Source of the DNA: Callorhinchus milii
Lineage: Eukaryota
Assembly: GCF_018977255.1 (NCBI RefSeq)
Contig: NW_024704743.1
Coordinates: 25,112,001 to 25,176,000, forward strand
Reading direction: 5' to 3'
DNA length: 64,000 bases
The notes under the pieces were generated by a model. The model did not search any database. It was not told the origin of the DNA and saw only the letters and a list, made by a program, of their open reading frames with translations. This document shows positions 26,581-38,090 of the stretch, in pieces; the first letter of the stretch is position 1, and each line of letters starts with the position of its first letter. The translations under genes were made by a program, and so were the position numbers.

Positions 26581-28440
26581 GAGGCAGTTAAGCCCAATTC
26601 CTAATAAATTTTCCCAAATTGTCTCAGAAATCAGCTGTAAATAAGTAATTTTACTAGGTCTGCAGGAGAGCCAGTTGAACAGTATTTTTGTCAATTTAGA
26701 GATAAGACATGTTGTTATGCTAGAATTATGGGAACTTTACATCTGAGCATGTTACAGTACAATACAAAATTACATTTGTATAGTGCCTTTCACTTCGGAA
26801 GGACATCCCAATGTGCTGTACCTAGGTGTGCTTGGTCCTGGACACTAGTTGCCTAAAGCCACTGTATTCAAAATACAGCCTATTCCACTCGAACTTCCTT
26901 GAATCCAGACTATGAGTACCCCTCCCTGTGAATTTTTCCATTTCCCTCACATCATTGCTGCAGGGTCTCACTAGGATTACCAGTTTTTGCTGAAAATTGG
27001 GTCGTGGTATTATATTGACTTGTGCCCACTAGGAGCTCTGGTGAGACTGTTCAAACTCTTTTCACTCAAGACTGTTACTGGCATACAGGAGACTATTCAG
27101 TGGCGCACTTACCTTGCACTCTGCTGCCCTTGGCAACCCGGCTTTGCTTTGGCAGCATTGCTTTTGAGTAAATAACTGCGCTGCTGTCTCTGGGGACATG
27201 GGTTCCACTCTGAGAATTGCATTCTCTGCGCTTTCAAAGGCATCAAATGTTATTGTTCTGTCTCGGTTAGACTAAGTGCTCAGTTGTTTGTACAGGCCAG
27301 TGGTACAGTTTCGGTGTGAGATCACCTTTAAGGGCTTTTATACGTGAAAGAACGTGTTGAGATTTCATTCATGCAAGACATTGATTGGTCCTCACTTGGG
27401 ATAATAAGTCCGGTTTTGGGCACCCCATTAAAGAAAGGGTATCACCAATTTGAATGATACCAGAGACCAGAGGCTGCAGTTATTTGGAGAGACTGAATAT
27501 GAATAAGAATACTTGCATTTGATATAACCTCTTATCACGTAGCCGAGAAGTCTCAAAGATCTTCATATGATATCCTGTAAAGGGATTGATTGTATTTTGT
27601 GGCCGAAATGAGGCAGTGCACAGCAATGTCCCACAAACAGCCATGGAGTGAGTGACCAATTTTATTTGACTTCAAAAGTTGGGACTGTTTTCGCTGGAGC
27701 AGAGAAAGTTAAAGGTGTGTGTGGATGTGTGTGTGTGTGTGTGTGCGTATGGGGAATTAATTCTCATAGAGATATTCAAAATTATTATGATGAAGCTGTG
27801 CCTAATATTGTTCAGATGGAAATTTTGTAAATAGCTGAAGAAAATGAATATTAAGGTGAAAGAGCAGGAGGGGAAATCACTCCACTGGGGAACCTGGGAT
27901 CAGCACAGTCAGGCAATGGGCCAAATGTGCCTGTGAACCTGTCTATGAATGGAAGAGAGGGAAATATGACACTGTATTTTACATGGTCTATTTAGTCACA
28001 AAAGCGAGAACCTTAAGCAAACACCGTACATCAAGGAATACAATAGCAACAGGGTTTCAAAAATACTTGGGCTTGTGACAGCCGCAACAAAGCTGTGGTT
28101 GGAAGAAAGGTGTGGGAGACATAAAAGCCCATAAAAGTTTAATGACAACCTGGAACAGGCTCTGGATAGTCGGAAAAAGGTGAGAGCTGGCGGACTGACC
28201 TCCTGCTCTTGGTTCAGTGGTGTTGTGGTGGTGCTCTGTAATTATTTCATTCAGAAATGTTGAACAGGTGCTTGTTCCAGTGTCCAGATGCTCACCACTG
28301 TGTGAAAAGCTGGTGCAGCAACTTAACCCCTGAGTGAATAGAGAGAGGCAGAGCCGCTTGAGAAGATTCACAACGTTGGTTCCATTGCATTCTTTGGTCT
28401 TTGTTAGCCGTGAATTTTCTTTGTGTGGAAAAATTAAAAT

Positions 28441-28766
28441 GGAGTCCTGTAGCTCAGTGGTTAGAGCACTCGCTTTGCAAGCGAGAGACCTGAGTTCAAT
28501 TCCAGGCAAAGGGTGAAACCTTGGGCAAGTTTCCTTACTCCACACGCCTAATAATAATCCCTCCAAAACCAAAAACAATAATAAATTGGTCATTTTCAAT
28601 CTGCGACTGTTTGTGGGACATTGCTGTGCGCAATTGGCTGCCGCGTTCGCCCACAAAAAAAATACAGTCAATTCACTTTACAGTGTGTTCTGTGAAGCGC
28701 TTTGGGACGTCCTCCCGACGTGAAAAGTGCTATATCAAATGCAAGGATTATTATTATTATTATTAT
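28441..28766 (+). mobile_element. Young tRNA-derived SINE (tRNA-Ala-like head, Deu-like body, L2 tail)
   Basis: A box TAGCTCAGTGG (28450-28460); anticodon arm CTCGC-TTTGCAA-GCGAG; B box GAGTTCAATTCC (28492-28503); gtgggacattgctgtgcgcaattggctgccgcg body; L2-type stem-loop; (TAT)n tail. Confidence 0.93.
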
Positions 28767-29338
28767 AAAAACACTTTCAAAGGAAGATTTTTTAAAAAAA
28801 CTTTTAAGTTTTAAACTGTAACTTTACTTTTATCTGTCCTTGCCTATCATATCACTGAGCTTTTCCCCTTTTAGAATAAAATATTAATTTTGTAACGTTT
28901 TGGACTGATTCTTCCTTCTCCTGGCTCCACTGCCCACTTATGGAGCGGATTCAAGTTTTTTTAAAAAAAAGCTAACTTGTCTGAAGCAGGATTCGCAGAC
29001 TGTCTTCAGACAATAAAAAAAAATACGGTCACTCAATCCCCGACTGTTTGTAGGACACAGCTGTGCACAATTGGCTCCTGCGTTTCAGCCATAAAATATA
29101 CAAAATATACCATATATACTTCACAGTATATTCTGTGAAGCAATTTGAGACATCTCGAAGACGTGATTAGGTGTTATATCAAATGCAAGGATTATTATTA
29201 ATTGAAAGGCAAGTCATTAGTTGACATGTCAGCATTATATCTGTGATCAACCATGTCTATCGGGGGCATTCTTTTACAATATCAAAATTAGGAAGATGTT
29301 CATTATCCAAAAGGATGGCCAAACTTGTCCATGGCACT

Positions 29339-29668
29339 TAATAATAATAATAATAATCCTTGCATTTGATATAGCGCTTTTCACGTCGGGAGGACGTCCC
29401 AAAGCGCTTCACAGAACACACTGTAAAGTGAACTGACTGTATATTTGTGGGCGAACGCGGCAGCCAATTGCGCACAGCAATGTCCCACAAACAGTCGTAG
29501 ATTGAAAATGACCAATTTATTATTGTTTTTGGTTTTGGAGGGATTATTATTAGGCTCTGTGTGGAGTAAGGAAACTTGCCCAAGGTTTCGCCCTGACCTG
29601 CCTGGAATTGAACTCAGGTCTCTCGCTTGCAAAGCGAGTGCTCTAACCACTGAGCTACAGGACTCCAC
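29339..29668 (-). mobile_element. Young tRNA-derived SINE, same subfamily
   Basis: Near-identical reverse complement of 28441-28766. Confidence 0.93.
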
Positions 29669-32600
29669 GTTGGAGGGTTAATCATCCTAACTCTGGCTAA
29701 AAGGTGGAGTGGGGGGGTTGGGGGGGGTGAGTTTTTAGAAAAAATTGAGTCCGTCACTTGTGAAATTATGTGACTATTGAGTGCGTAATGGAACAGAATC
29801 GAGGTTTGCGACTATGTTGATTATTTAAACAAAATTGATTCTTGTCGCCATGGAGAAAATAATGAGAAGAAAAAAATGTTGGGGGCAACTGGAGCGGTAC
29901 AGTGAGTCATAAAAAAAATGAAGAACTATTCCAGCAGAAGCCTTGGCAAGCACAAAATCAGGTCTGTTCCAGCAACACAGGCATCGAGTGGAGAAGATTA
30001 GCCCTTTCACCACTTCCTTCTAGTCATTTAGATGCTCTTCAGAAAGGTACCGTGTTCTGCTTTGTTGTGAAGTAAGCTCTGAAATTGGCTTTTGCTAATT
30101 GTTGATCTTTTTTTAAAATCTGGTGCCATTTGACGAGGATCTGTGATACTTTTCACAAAATGTTACACAACTGTGGATTGATTGATTCAAGAAAGCAAAG
30201 TGAAGCACGAAAGCTTCACGTTTTATTCTAGTTTTGGGGGAGGCAGTTTCTTTCTGAATGGTTTCTTTGCACCTGATGAGAGCGTGGTCATTGCAACTGT
30301 ACAAGTCCAGTTTGGTGTGTGGAATGATAATGAGGAACCCCACCAAGTTAAACAGACCAGGCTGATATTAATGATGTTAGTGGCAGCAAAGCCTATTTTA
30401 GGGGGATGAGATCACCAAGAGGTTACCTCCCTGCTGCACGCTCTTAAAATTGTCCCCTCAGGAAGGAATTAAATGGTTTGTACTTCCCAGTGTGAGATGA
30501 TTTAGATTGCAAGGTTATTTTCTCTCCCTCTACTTAAATAAGCTACTCAATTTTTGTTGGGAGCTATGAATGCAACTCACATCTCTTCATTTATTTGAAT
30601 GGGCAGGGGGAGGTGGAAGGAGGAATAGAAAATAGAAGGAAATATAAATTACCAGACTGATACTGATATTAAAGCTCACCTGAAAATAATCATATCGTCA
30701 TGTCTGGGGAAAAGTTGCAGGACATTAAAACTATGCCATTAAAAGTCACTCAAGCTGAGTAGATAAAACACTTCATAAGCTGCATTTGTAAGCCTATTTA
30801 ATTTTAGAATGTACAGCGCAACATGAATGCAAAAAGAGGCTTTTTTTTTCCATTCCCCAGCCCCCCCGCTCCCCCACCCCATCTTGGGTGCCAAGCCTGT
30901 ATTGTTAAGCGTCTCGGGAGATCCTCCTGACATAAAAGGTTCCATATAAATGTAAATTTGTATTGTAGTATTGTATTAAATATCCTGGATCTGGGAAAAG
31001 TAACAGAAATGGAACTATTGTAGAACACTTCAGGGAAGTACCATTTGCATCTCTGTGTGCAACTTGGTGAATTCGCAGAAAAGTACTGAGAGAGACCTGC
31101 TGGAACCTATCATGAGGGAGCTGTCAGACGTATTGATGTGGAATGCAACCGGACAACTGCACAATAGAAAAAAAAGATCCCATACAATTAGAAATTGAAA
31201 TGAGCAGCAGTGCGAATAATTAGACTCTCTTGAAGCCCGTAAACTGAACGGTAGGATTGCTGACTTTGAGACAGCAGAAGCTTTAAACCAGTTATTAGCA
31301 GAGAGCTCTTTGCGAAATTGACTGATCAAAGTTCGAACATCTCCCCAAGGCAGTCACTGATCTTTAATTAATCGCTCAGACGTTCATGTACCAATACTTA
31401 CATTTGATATAGCACCTTATCATGTTGTTGAGATGTCTCAAAGTGCTACAGAATTTTATTGTGAAGTGTAGTGATTGTATTTGTTGGCAGACGAGGCAGC
31501 CAAGTTGTGCACAACAATGAACCACAAACAGCCATCTCTTTCTATTCTAAGCACTCTCCACTGTATAATACAAACTACATTTACATAGATAGGGCCTTTC
31601 ACGTCTCAAAGCATTTGACAATGCTGGCTGGGCACTTCTAAAATATACTGTACTGTAAAACTTGGAAGGTTCAGGGAACTGTGCAAAGCAGCACAGGTCC
31701 ATTAATTCTTGCAACGGTCTCTCTGTTATTCAATCTCAGAACACATTCTTTATTGTAGTGCTCTCAACATGCCAGGTTATTAAGACCTTCATTGCTGTAG
31801 CCACACACCAGATATTTCTGGGGGGATTATCTCGTGAGGTTACTGTTTGAGAAGTTTCTTCCAGAGTTCTGGCCAACAATCCTCCAAATTGTTGCAGGAA
31901 TGAAACATTTGCCTCCCTCTATTTCCTTTGGTAAGGTTCAAGTTTCTAAAAATTAAGATCTTTTGTAGATAGTGGACTGTAGATTGTGAATCACCATTTC
32001 TCTCCTCCCTGACCTCCTTCAACATTTGGGGATAAGAACACTTCCTGTTTGAACTTTCTGTTTGTTGATAGTGTTTTTATATCACATTGTATAGGTTCAT
32101 TAGGTGCCGTTTCACGTGATACTTAGCTACTCCAACAGTGAACTTCCACCTTGCTCTGTTCAAAAAGCAAGAGTATTTATTAAGCATCTGTCATTTCTTC
32201 ATTCCCAACAATAATCCCCCTTATACTGTAAGCGATCTCATTCTTTCTTAGAATATCCTAGAAAGGAGTTATCCCCAATGAAGTCAATCAATTCAGATTG
32301 TTTTCATGATCTCACCAGTGTAAAAGCTCCACACACGAGTGTAACAATAGCAGCTCTTGGTTTACAAACCACAGGGACATTGTACAAAGAGCAAGTTATG
32401 TGTATACATGCTTGGAAGCCTCTCTGAGCCTTAAGGAAGCTTAATATAGCTACAAAATTGAAGATTTCCCTTTCAGCAAATACTTTTGTAACGTATTCTG
32501 TCTGTTTCCTCAAAATCAAAAAATTACAACAGTGAAAATAAGATGAGGGGGATATTAAATGGGACATGTCATTCAGAATAAGTATAATCTGATTTGAGAG

Positions 32601-32922
32601 TAACCTCTGATCTTTGGCAATTATTGAACATACTGTTTTAAAACATTGCTGTAGTAATCCTCATTGTTTCTGTTTGAGAGAGGGAGAGCTGGTAGCTTTT
32701 AGTATGAAAGCTTGACTTTGAGTTTATTTGCCAAATTAAAAAAAAAGTGACATAAGATCTTTATTGCTGGTATGAGTAATGAATACACAGGCTTCAGGAC
32801 TGTCTATTCTATTTGTTTTTGGAGTTTAGTGACCTGCATCTTTTGCATGATTTAATGCCTTTAGACTCTCACCATTTGAGTTGGAGTATTGCTCAGATCT
32901 AAAGAAGGAAGAAGCACTTAGA

Positions 32923-33280
32923 TAATAATAATAATCCTTGCATTTGATTTAGCGTTTTATCAAATCTTCGAGAGGTCTCAAAGAACTTCACAAAATATAT
33001 TGTACAGTGAATTGACTGCATATTTTGTCGGTGAAATGCGGCAGCCAATTTCACGCAGCAGTGTCCCACAAACAGTCATGGATTGAAGTGACATTTTTTT
33101 AAAGGAATTATTACCATTGGAAAAGCGATCCGTCAATCAACTAACAACTGGGTTCCTACTTACTGCTCGGTATACAGAGGCGCGTGGAGTAAGAAAACTT
33201 GGCCAACATTTGGCCCTGCTAGGATTGAACCCAGGACTTTCGCTTGCGAGGCGAATGCTCTAACTATTAAGGTGCAGCAC
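32923..33280 (-). mobile_element. Older tRNA SINE
   Basis: Full family structure with a cgcctcgcaagcg anticodon arm. Confidence 0.85.
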
Positions 33281-34049
33281 TAAGTGGGATAACCACAAGC
33301 AGAATAAGCATTAAGTTCCACTAAATCTCCTTAATGTACATGTTCTAACACGTCAAAGATGTGACTTCTGGATTCTGCCTGCTCCAGTCTGCTGTGTGCC
33401 GCAGGTCACAACTCAAAAGTATGACATTGTGGAGATTCAGTGGAACTTTAAGCCTACTGAGTGGTGACCTTGCTATGGGGAGTTATGAGGTGGAAACAAA
33501 TGTTTGGTGGGAGGATTACAATGAACTGCTTAAAAAAAAGCAATTTATTTGCCATTGGGTTGTCCACATCAGTCACAGGCGAAGGTGTATTAGTGTATTA
33601 GTGTATTAATGGCCATCCTGTAAAGTCTACACCTTTTGATTGCTTAGCTTTGAGATAATACAACTGCCAGAGTCAGAAGAGCAATAATAGGACTTTGTGG
33701 AGGTTATCAGAAGGCTGAGAAACATTTTTAACCTCTTGAAGGGCACAGCTGGTCTTCTGGAACAAGCACTGCAGCAGTGTGTTTCTGTGTCCTCTCCCGC
33801 ACTAGGCTACTCATACCTTTTATCAGCATCTTTACCAGTACCTCAGTGGACTGATTTTAGGATCGTTGTCCTGGCCTTTAAAAATCCCTCTTTTTGCCCT
33901 GTTCTACTGTCCGTCCCCTCATTCCTCAGCTTCTGATCTGCTGCCCGTTCCTCGCTCCCTCCCTTCAACCCACCTTTGGTGACTGACCTTTCAGCACGGT
34001 GCCCCCACCCTCTCTTTAACTTCAAAAATACCTCTCTGTCTGTGCCTTT

Positions 34050-34800
34050 GATCAACACCCTTAAAATTCTAGTCCTCCTTTATGGATCTGAGCTCTTAGG
34101 GATACAGCAGAGAGGCTTCCTCTGGTCTGTTTGCAAAGTTCAGGATCAAGCAGTGAAGCGGATTTGTGGCAAACACGGGAAGTGGCTGCAGGGAGGGAGA
34201 GCTCTGACCCACACTGACCTGCTGCTGAGCACTATGGAGACGGAATTGGCTTCATAGTGGAAATGTGTATTTGTCAAGGCCCTCACATGAGGACCTGGAT
34301 TAAGCAGCTGGTGCTGAGTACATCTGGTACACGGCATTAGACGTGGACCTCGAGAGCATCAAGGTGGCTGGTACGTCACAAGCTGTAAAGGTCCTCCCAC
34401 CACACTGAAGGCAGATGTCCATCAGCTGATGAAACTGTGAGGCTTGGGGCAACAGCTGCAGGAAAGCATTACCTGAAGTCCAAGTTCGTGAACAGACATT
34501 AATTTATCCAGAGATTGCAATCCACTTTGATCGGTTTGCAGAGAGGTAACCAGCTGCTGCTTAAGATCCACACCTCCAACTGGTAGAACCATCGCTCAAT
34601 GGGAAGCGACGTGTGTCTGAAATGTGGGCAGGAAGATGGTGGCAATGCTCTCACACATTTCATGCTAAGCTGTGTTGCCCACCAGGAAGCCTATAAGGAG
34701 TTCTTGGTACTTGCCATTCACCTACTGAGGGCTCAAGCCCACACTTGTTGGATGTCAAATGATAAACTGGTGACTATCCTCCGTAGGGGGGGGAAGAGTT
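34050..34800 (+). mobile_element. Decayed non-LTR retrotransposon ORF2 C-terminus (RTE-X-like)
   Basis: LLYGSELLG...KVQDQAVKRICG, then QRGNQLLLKIHT and a CCHC knuckle VCLKC-x8-THFMLSC, with stops and frameshifts. Confidence 0.55.
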
Positions 34801-35705
34801 TAATGCTTTGTCATCATGCCACCCGTTCACTAGAGGTGAAGGGCTACTTTTCACATCACTCCCATTCTCGTGCACTTGTTTATCTGCTGAAATTCAGATC
34901 GAGTTTAGTGTCTGTGCAGGCAGTTGCAGAGTTGTCAGCTTAAGCTGTTAATGCCTGGTGTCTTATGTTGTTCTATTCCTCAGCAAGCCTCCAAATTCTG
35001 CAATGGAACCAACTATCTTGATGGTCTGAAATCCATATTCCCATTTATGATAACTAGGTGAACTTGAAAAAGCAAAGACTTCTATATTCTAGGGGGATGG
35101 GAATCAAAGCTTTGCGATTTGTGTGTGTGTGTGTGTGTGACTGATGAGATTGCTCTTGTTAGAAGAGCTCTCATCTCATCAGGAGATGCTTCATAAAATA
35201 TTTAGAAATGGGCTTGTGAATCTATTATTCATGATGCCGGAATGAGGACAGAAGCTGTGCAGTTAAACACATTGTCGTTTGATTTATTTTGTGTTGTGTG
35301 AATGGATGCCAATTCCTGGAAAGAGTGCGACTGAAAGATAGAGGAGACACTAAAAAGGATGATCCATACTTGGGTACTGTTAATATTGCAGCCAAATAGA
35401 TTAAGAGAAGTGGAAGAAATATTATTATAATTACCATGGTAATGCTTCTGGGATATCAAAATAATTACTGGTCTTATTGAATGGTGTAGTCTCAGGCAAC
35501 CAAACACTATAATTTAAGGGAATTTGTGTTAATGGTATATCTAGATGGAGATTAACAAGACTATGTGTATTGGATAATGATTTTCTTAAAAAGGGAGGGT
35601 AATGTCTAATAAAAAACATTTCTTCTTGAATACTTGTACTCTTCTGTCTGAGCATAAATCATGAAATATTCAATCAAGAACATTTATTTTGTTGGCTGAC
35701 CAAAA

Positions 35706-36089
35706 TGATAATAATATAATAAAAAATTTGCATTTGATATAGCACCTTATCACATTGTTGAGATATCTGAAAGTGCTGCAGAATATACTGTAAAGTGAAA
35801 TTGACTGTATTTGGTGGGTGTAACACTGCAGCCATTTGTGCACAGTAGTGTCTCACAAACAGTCGCGGATTGAGAGACCAAATTATTTATTTATTTATTT
35901 ATTGAAGGGATTATTATCTCTAGAAAAAGATCTGCCAATCGACTAACAACTCAGTTCTTACTTACTGCTAGATAAACAGAGGCATGTGGAATAAGGAACC
36001 TTCCCTAAGGTTTCGCCCTGCCGGGAATTGAACCCGGGCCCTCTCACTTGTGAGGCGAATGCTCTAACCAATACGCTACAGGACTCCAC
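35706..36089 (-). mobile_element. Older tRNA SINE
   Basis: Full family structure ending in ggactccac on +. Confidence 0.87.
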
Positions 36090-37089
36090 GATTGACCACC
36101 ACTTTATTAAGCTGTCATTGGAATCATTTGACTTGCCGACTACAGTCGGTATTGCGGCTCCTTTTGAAAACCAGTGTGCTTTAAATCGTTGGCAGTCTTC
36201 TGTAAGGTGTGATTTGTGCCCGTAACTCGAGCATGGTGAAATGAGCACTCCTCCAGCTCTGTATTGGAGTGTGAACCAAGACTACAAGTGATACGGACCT
36301 TAAAACCACAGCCTTCTGACAATAAAATTAAGAGTTCCACCCACTGAGCCAGGCAATTGCATAATTTGCAATCGGCATGTGCTCCGCTCCTTGTGCTTGC
36401 TCTGCGCACCCTTTCCTAATGGAAACTGGCTAAGACATGAAATGGAATGGGAATTGTCGATGGAGCACCCTCTTGTGACACAGAGCCTCGGTGCAGTGGG
36501 GCACATTGATGGAATGGATGGAAATGCAGTAAATATTATAATGGAAGTTGGTCAAATAGCTGCTGATAACAAAAGCAGCCCTTGTGTGACTTGGAAAAGC
36601 AGCTAAAACATCATGGCTGCGGATAATTTGAAATGCAAAACGTTGTCCAATAATTTAATGATGCCTTCGCTGGAACCCTGGTATAATAAAGCACTTTTAA
36701 AGCACACATGAGGCTCAAAACCAAATGCTTTATATCTCAATACCTGGAATTACTCATGACTAATTTATCAGATTTACTTTCCCTCGAATGTGAAGTTGTC
36801 TGCTTGTTCAAACTACACTGATGAGCTGTGTCCTTTTCAACCAGGCAGTAATCAATAATGCGAAGTGTACTGTAACAATAAGCCAAATCAATCTAGGGCA
36901 ACACTTTGTTGTTGTATGTGCTTTGACTTAAAAATAGCTGTCATATCCAGTCCCTTCCCAGCCCTCGGGTTTTCATTTTACTTTAATTTAACTGTGCAGA
37001 GGTGGAGGGCACCCATTGTTTGAAGGTGAACAGTGTGATGGTTGCACTTGTGTTCTGTGCAACTCTTTCCCATCTCTAATATCTCTAAC

Positions 37090-37290
37090 AACAGAAATGG
37101 CTGGGATCACTCAGCAGGTCAGGCAGCATCTATGGAGAGAGGAAAGCGAGTTAACGTTTCAGGTCGAGGAATTTTCGTCAGAACTCCGCCTGAAACGTTA
37201 ACTCACTTTCCTCTCTCCATAGATGCTGCCTGACCTGCCCAGGCTTCTGTTTTTATTTCAGATTTCGAGCATCCGCAGTAATTTGCCTTT
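37090..37290. mobile_element. Penelope-type palindromic terminal-repeat remnant
   Basis: 50-bp inverted arms at 37114-37163 and 37189-37238 with one mismatch. The agatgctgcctgacctgc motif is one I recall from chondrichthyan repeats. CTGACGA...GAAAC occurs on the minus strand. Confidence 0.65.
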
Positions 37291-37997
37291 TTTTTCAATC
37301 TCATCTCTGATGAGGCTGAAATAGCTGTACATGAAACAGCTGTCTGTGTGATTGAAGAGCTCAGTTTCACACTCCTTAAGGCCATGGTAGAGAAGAAAAT
37401 AATGGAAAATAATACAATAACTTTACAAATATTTCTGACAGTAATGGAGTTGAAGCTTTCAAAAGCCTGTGCTATTGTGTATGTTGTTTACTATTAAGTA
37501 ATATTGAGCATTGGGGACATTGCCTTTTAATTTGTCATTGAGAGTGGTTAGCCTCAGTTTATTTTTATATTGAGAGACCTAGTTAAAGTTATAGCACAGC
37601 ACATCACAGAGGTTGTAAAATGTTAAAAGGAAGGACAGATTAATTAAATGTCATTTAGGTGGTGCTGAGCTTGGGTTTTACATGATTGTGGGGCAAAGGA
37701 AAGTTGTGTCAGTACTGAGTGGAAAGATCAGAAATCTTCCCACAATTTCCTACGCTTTCCTAATAATCCTTACGTGCAATATTGGGACGATGGATATTGT
37801 GTGTGTGTGTGTGCGCTTACTTCTGTGTGAAATGTTATGAATATGTGAAACTCTTGCGATGCTACCCCATTTGAAGGGCACTATATAAATATAAGTTGTT
37901 ATCTCTCTGTACGTGCAAAAACATATTAATAATCCTTACAACTGATGTATACAGTCAATTAACTTTACAGTATATTCTGCATAGAACGCTATATCAA

Positions 37998-38090
37998 ATG
38001 CAAGTATTATTATATTCTAATATGCAAGTATTATTATATACTAATATGCAACTATTATTGTATACTAGTGTACAAGTATTATATGCTAGT
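37998..38090 (+). repeat. 24-bp minisatellite, about 4 copies
   Basis: The unit ATGCAAGTATTATTATA(T)(T/A)CTAAT is repeated and decays rightward. Confidence 0.8.

Noticed and set aside
28441..28512. tRNA-Ala(TGC) gene
   Set aside because: The D and anticodon arms and A/B boxes are present, but the acceptor stem does not pair and the sequence runs into a SINE body; it is a SINE head.
28057..28671. 204-aa minus-strand ORF
   Set aside because: The N-terminal part is antisense SINE and the rest has no recognisable domain.
37998..38090. CRISPR-like array
   Set aside because: Head-to-tail units with no unique spacers, eukaryotic context and no cas genes.
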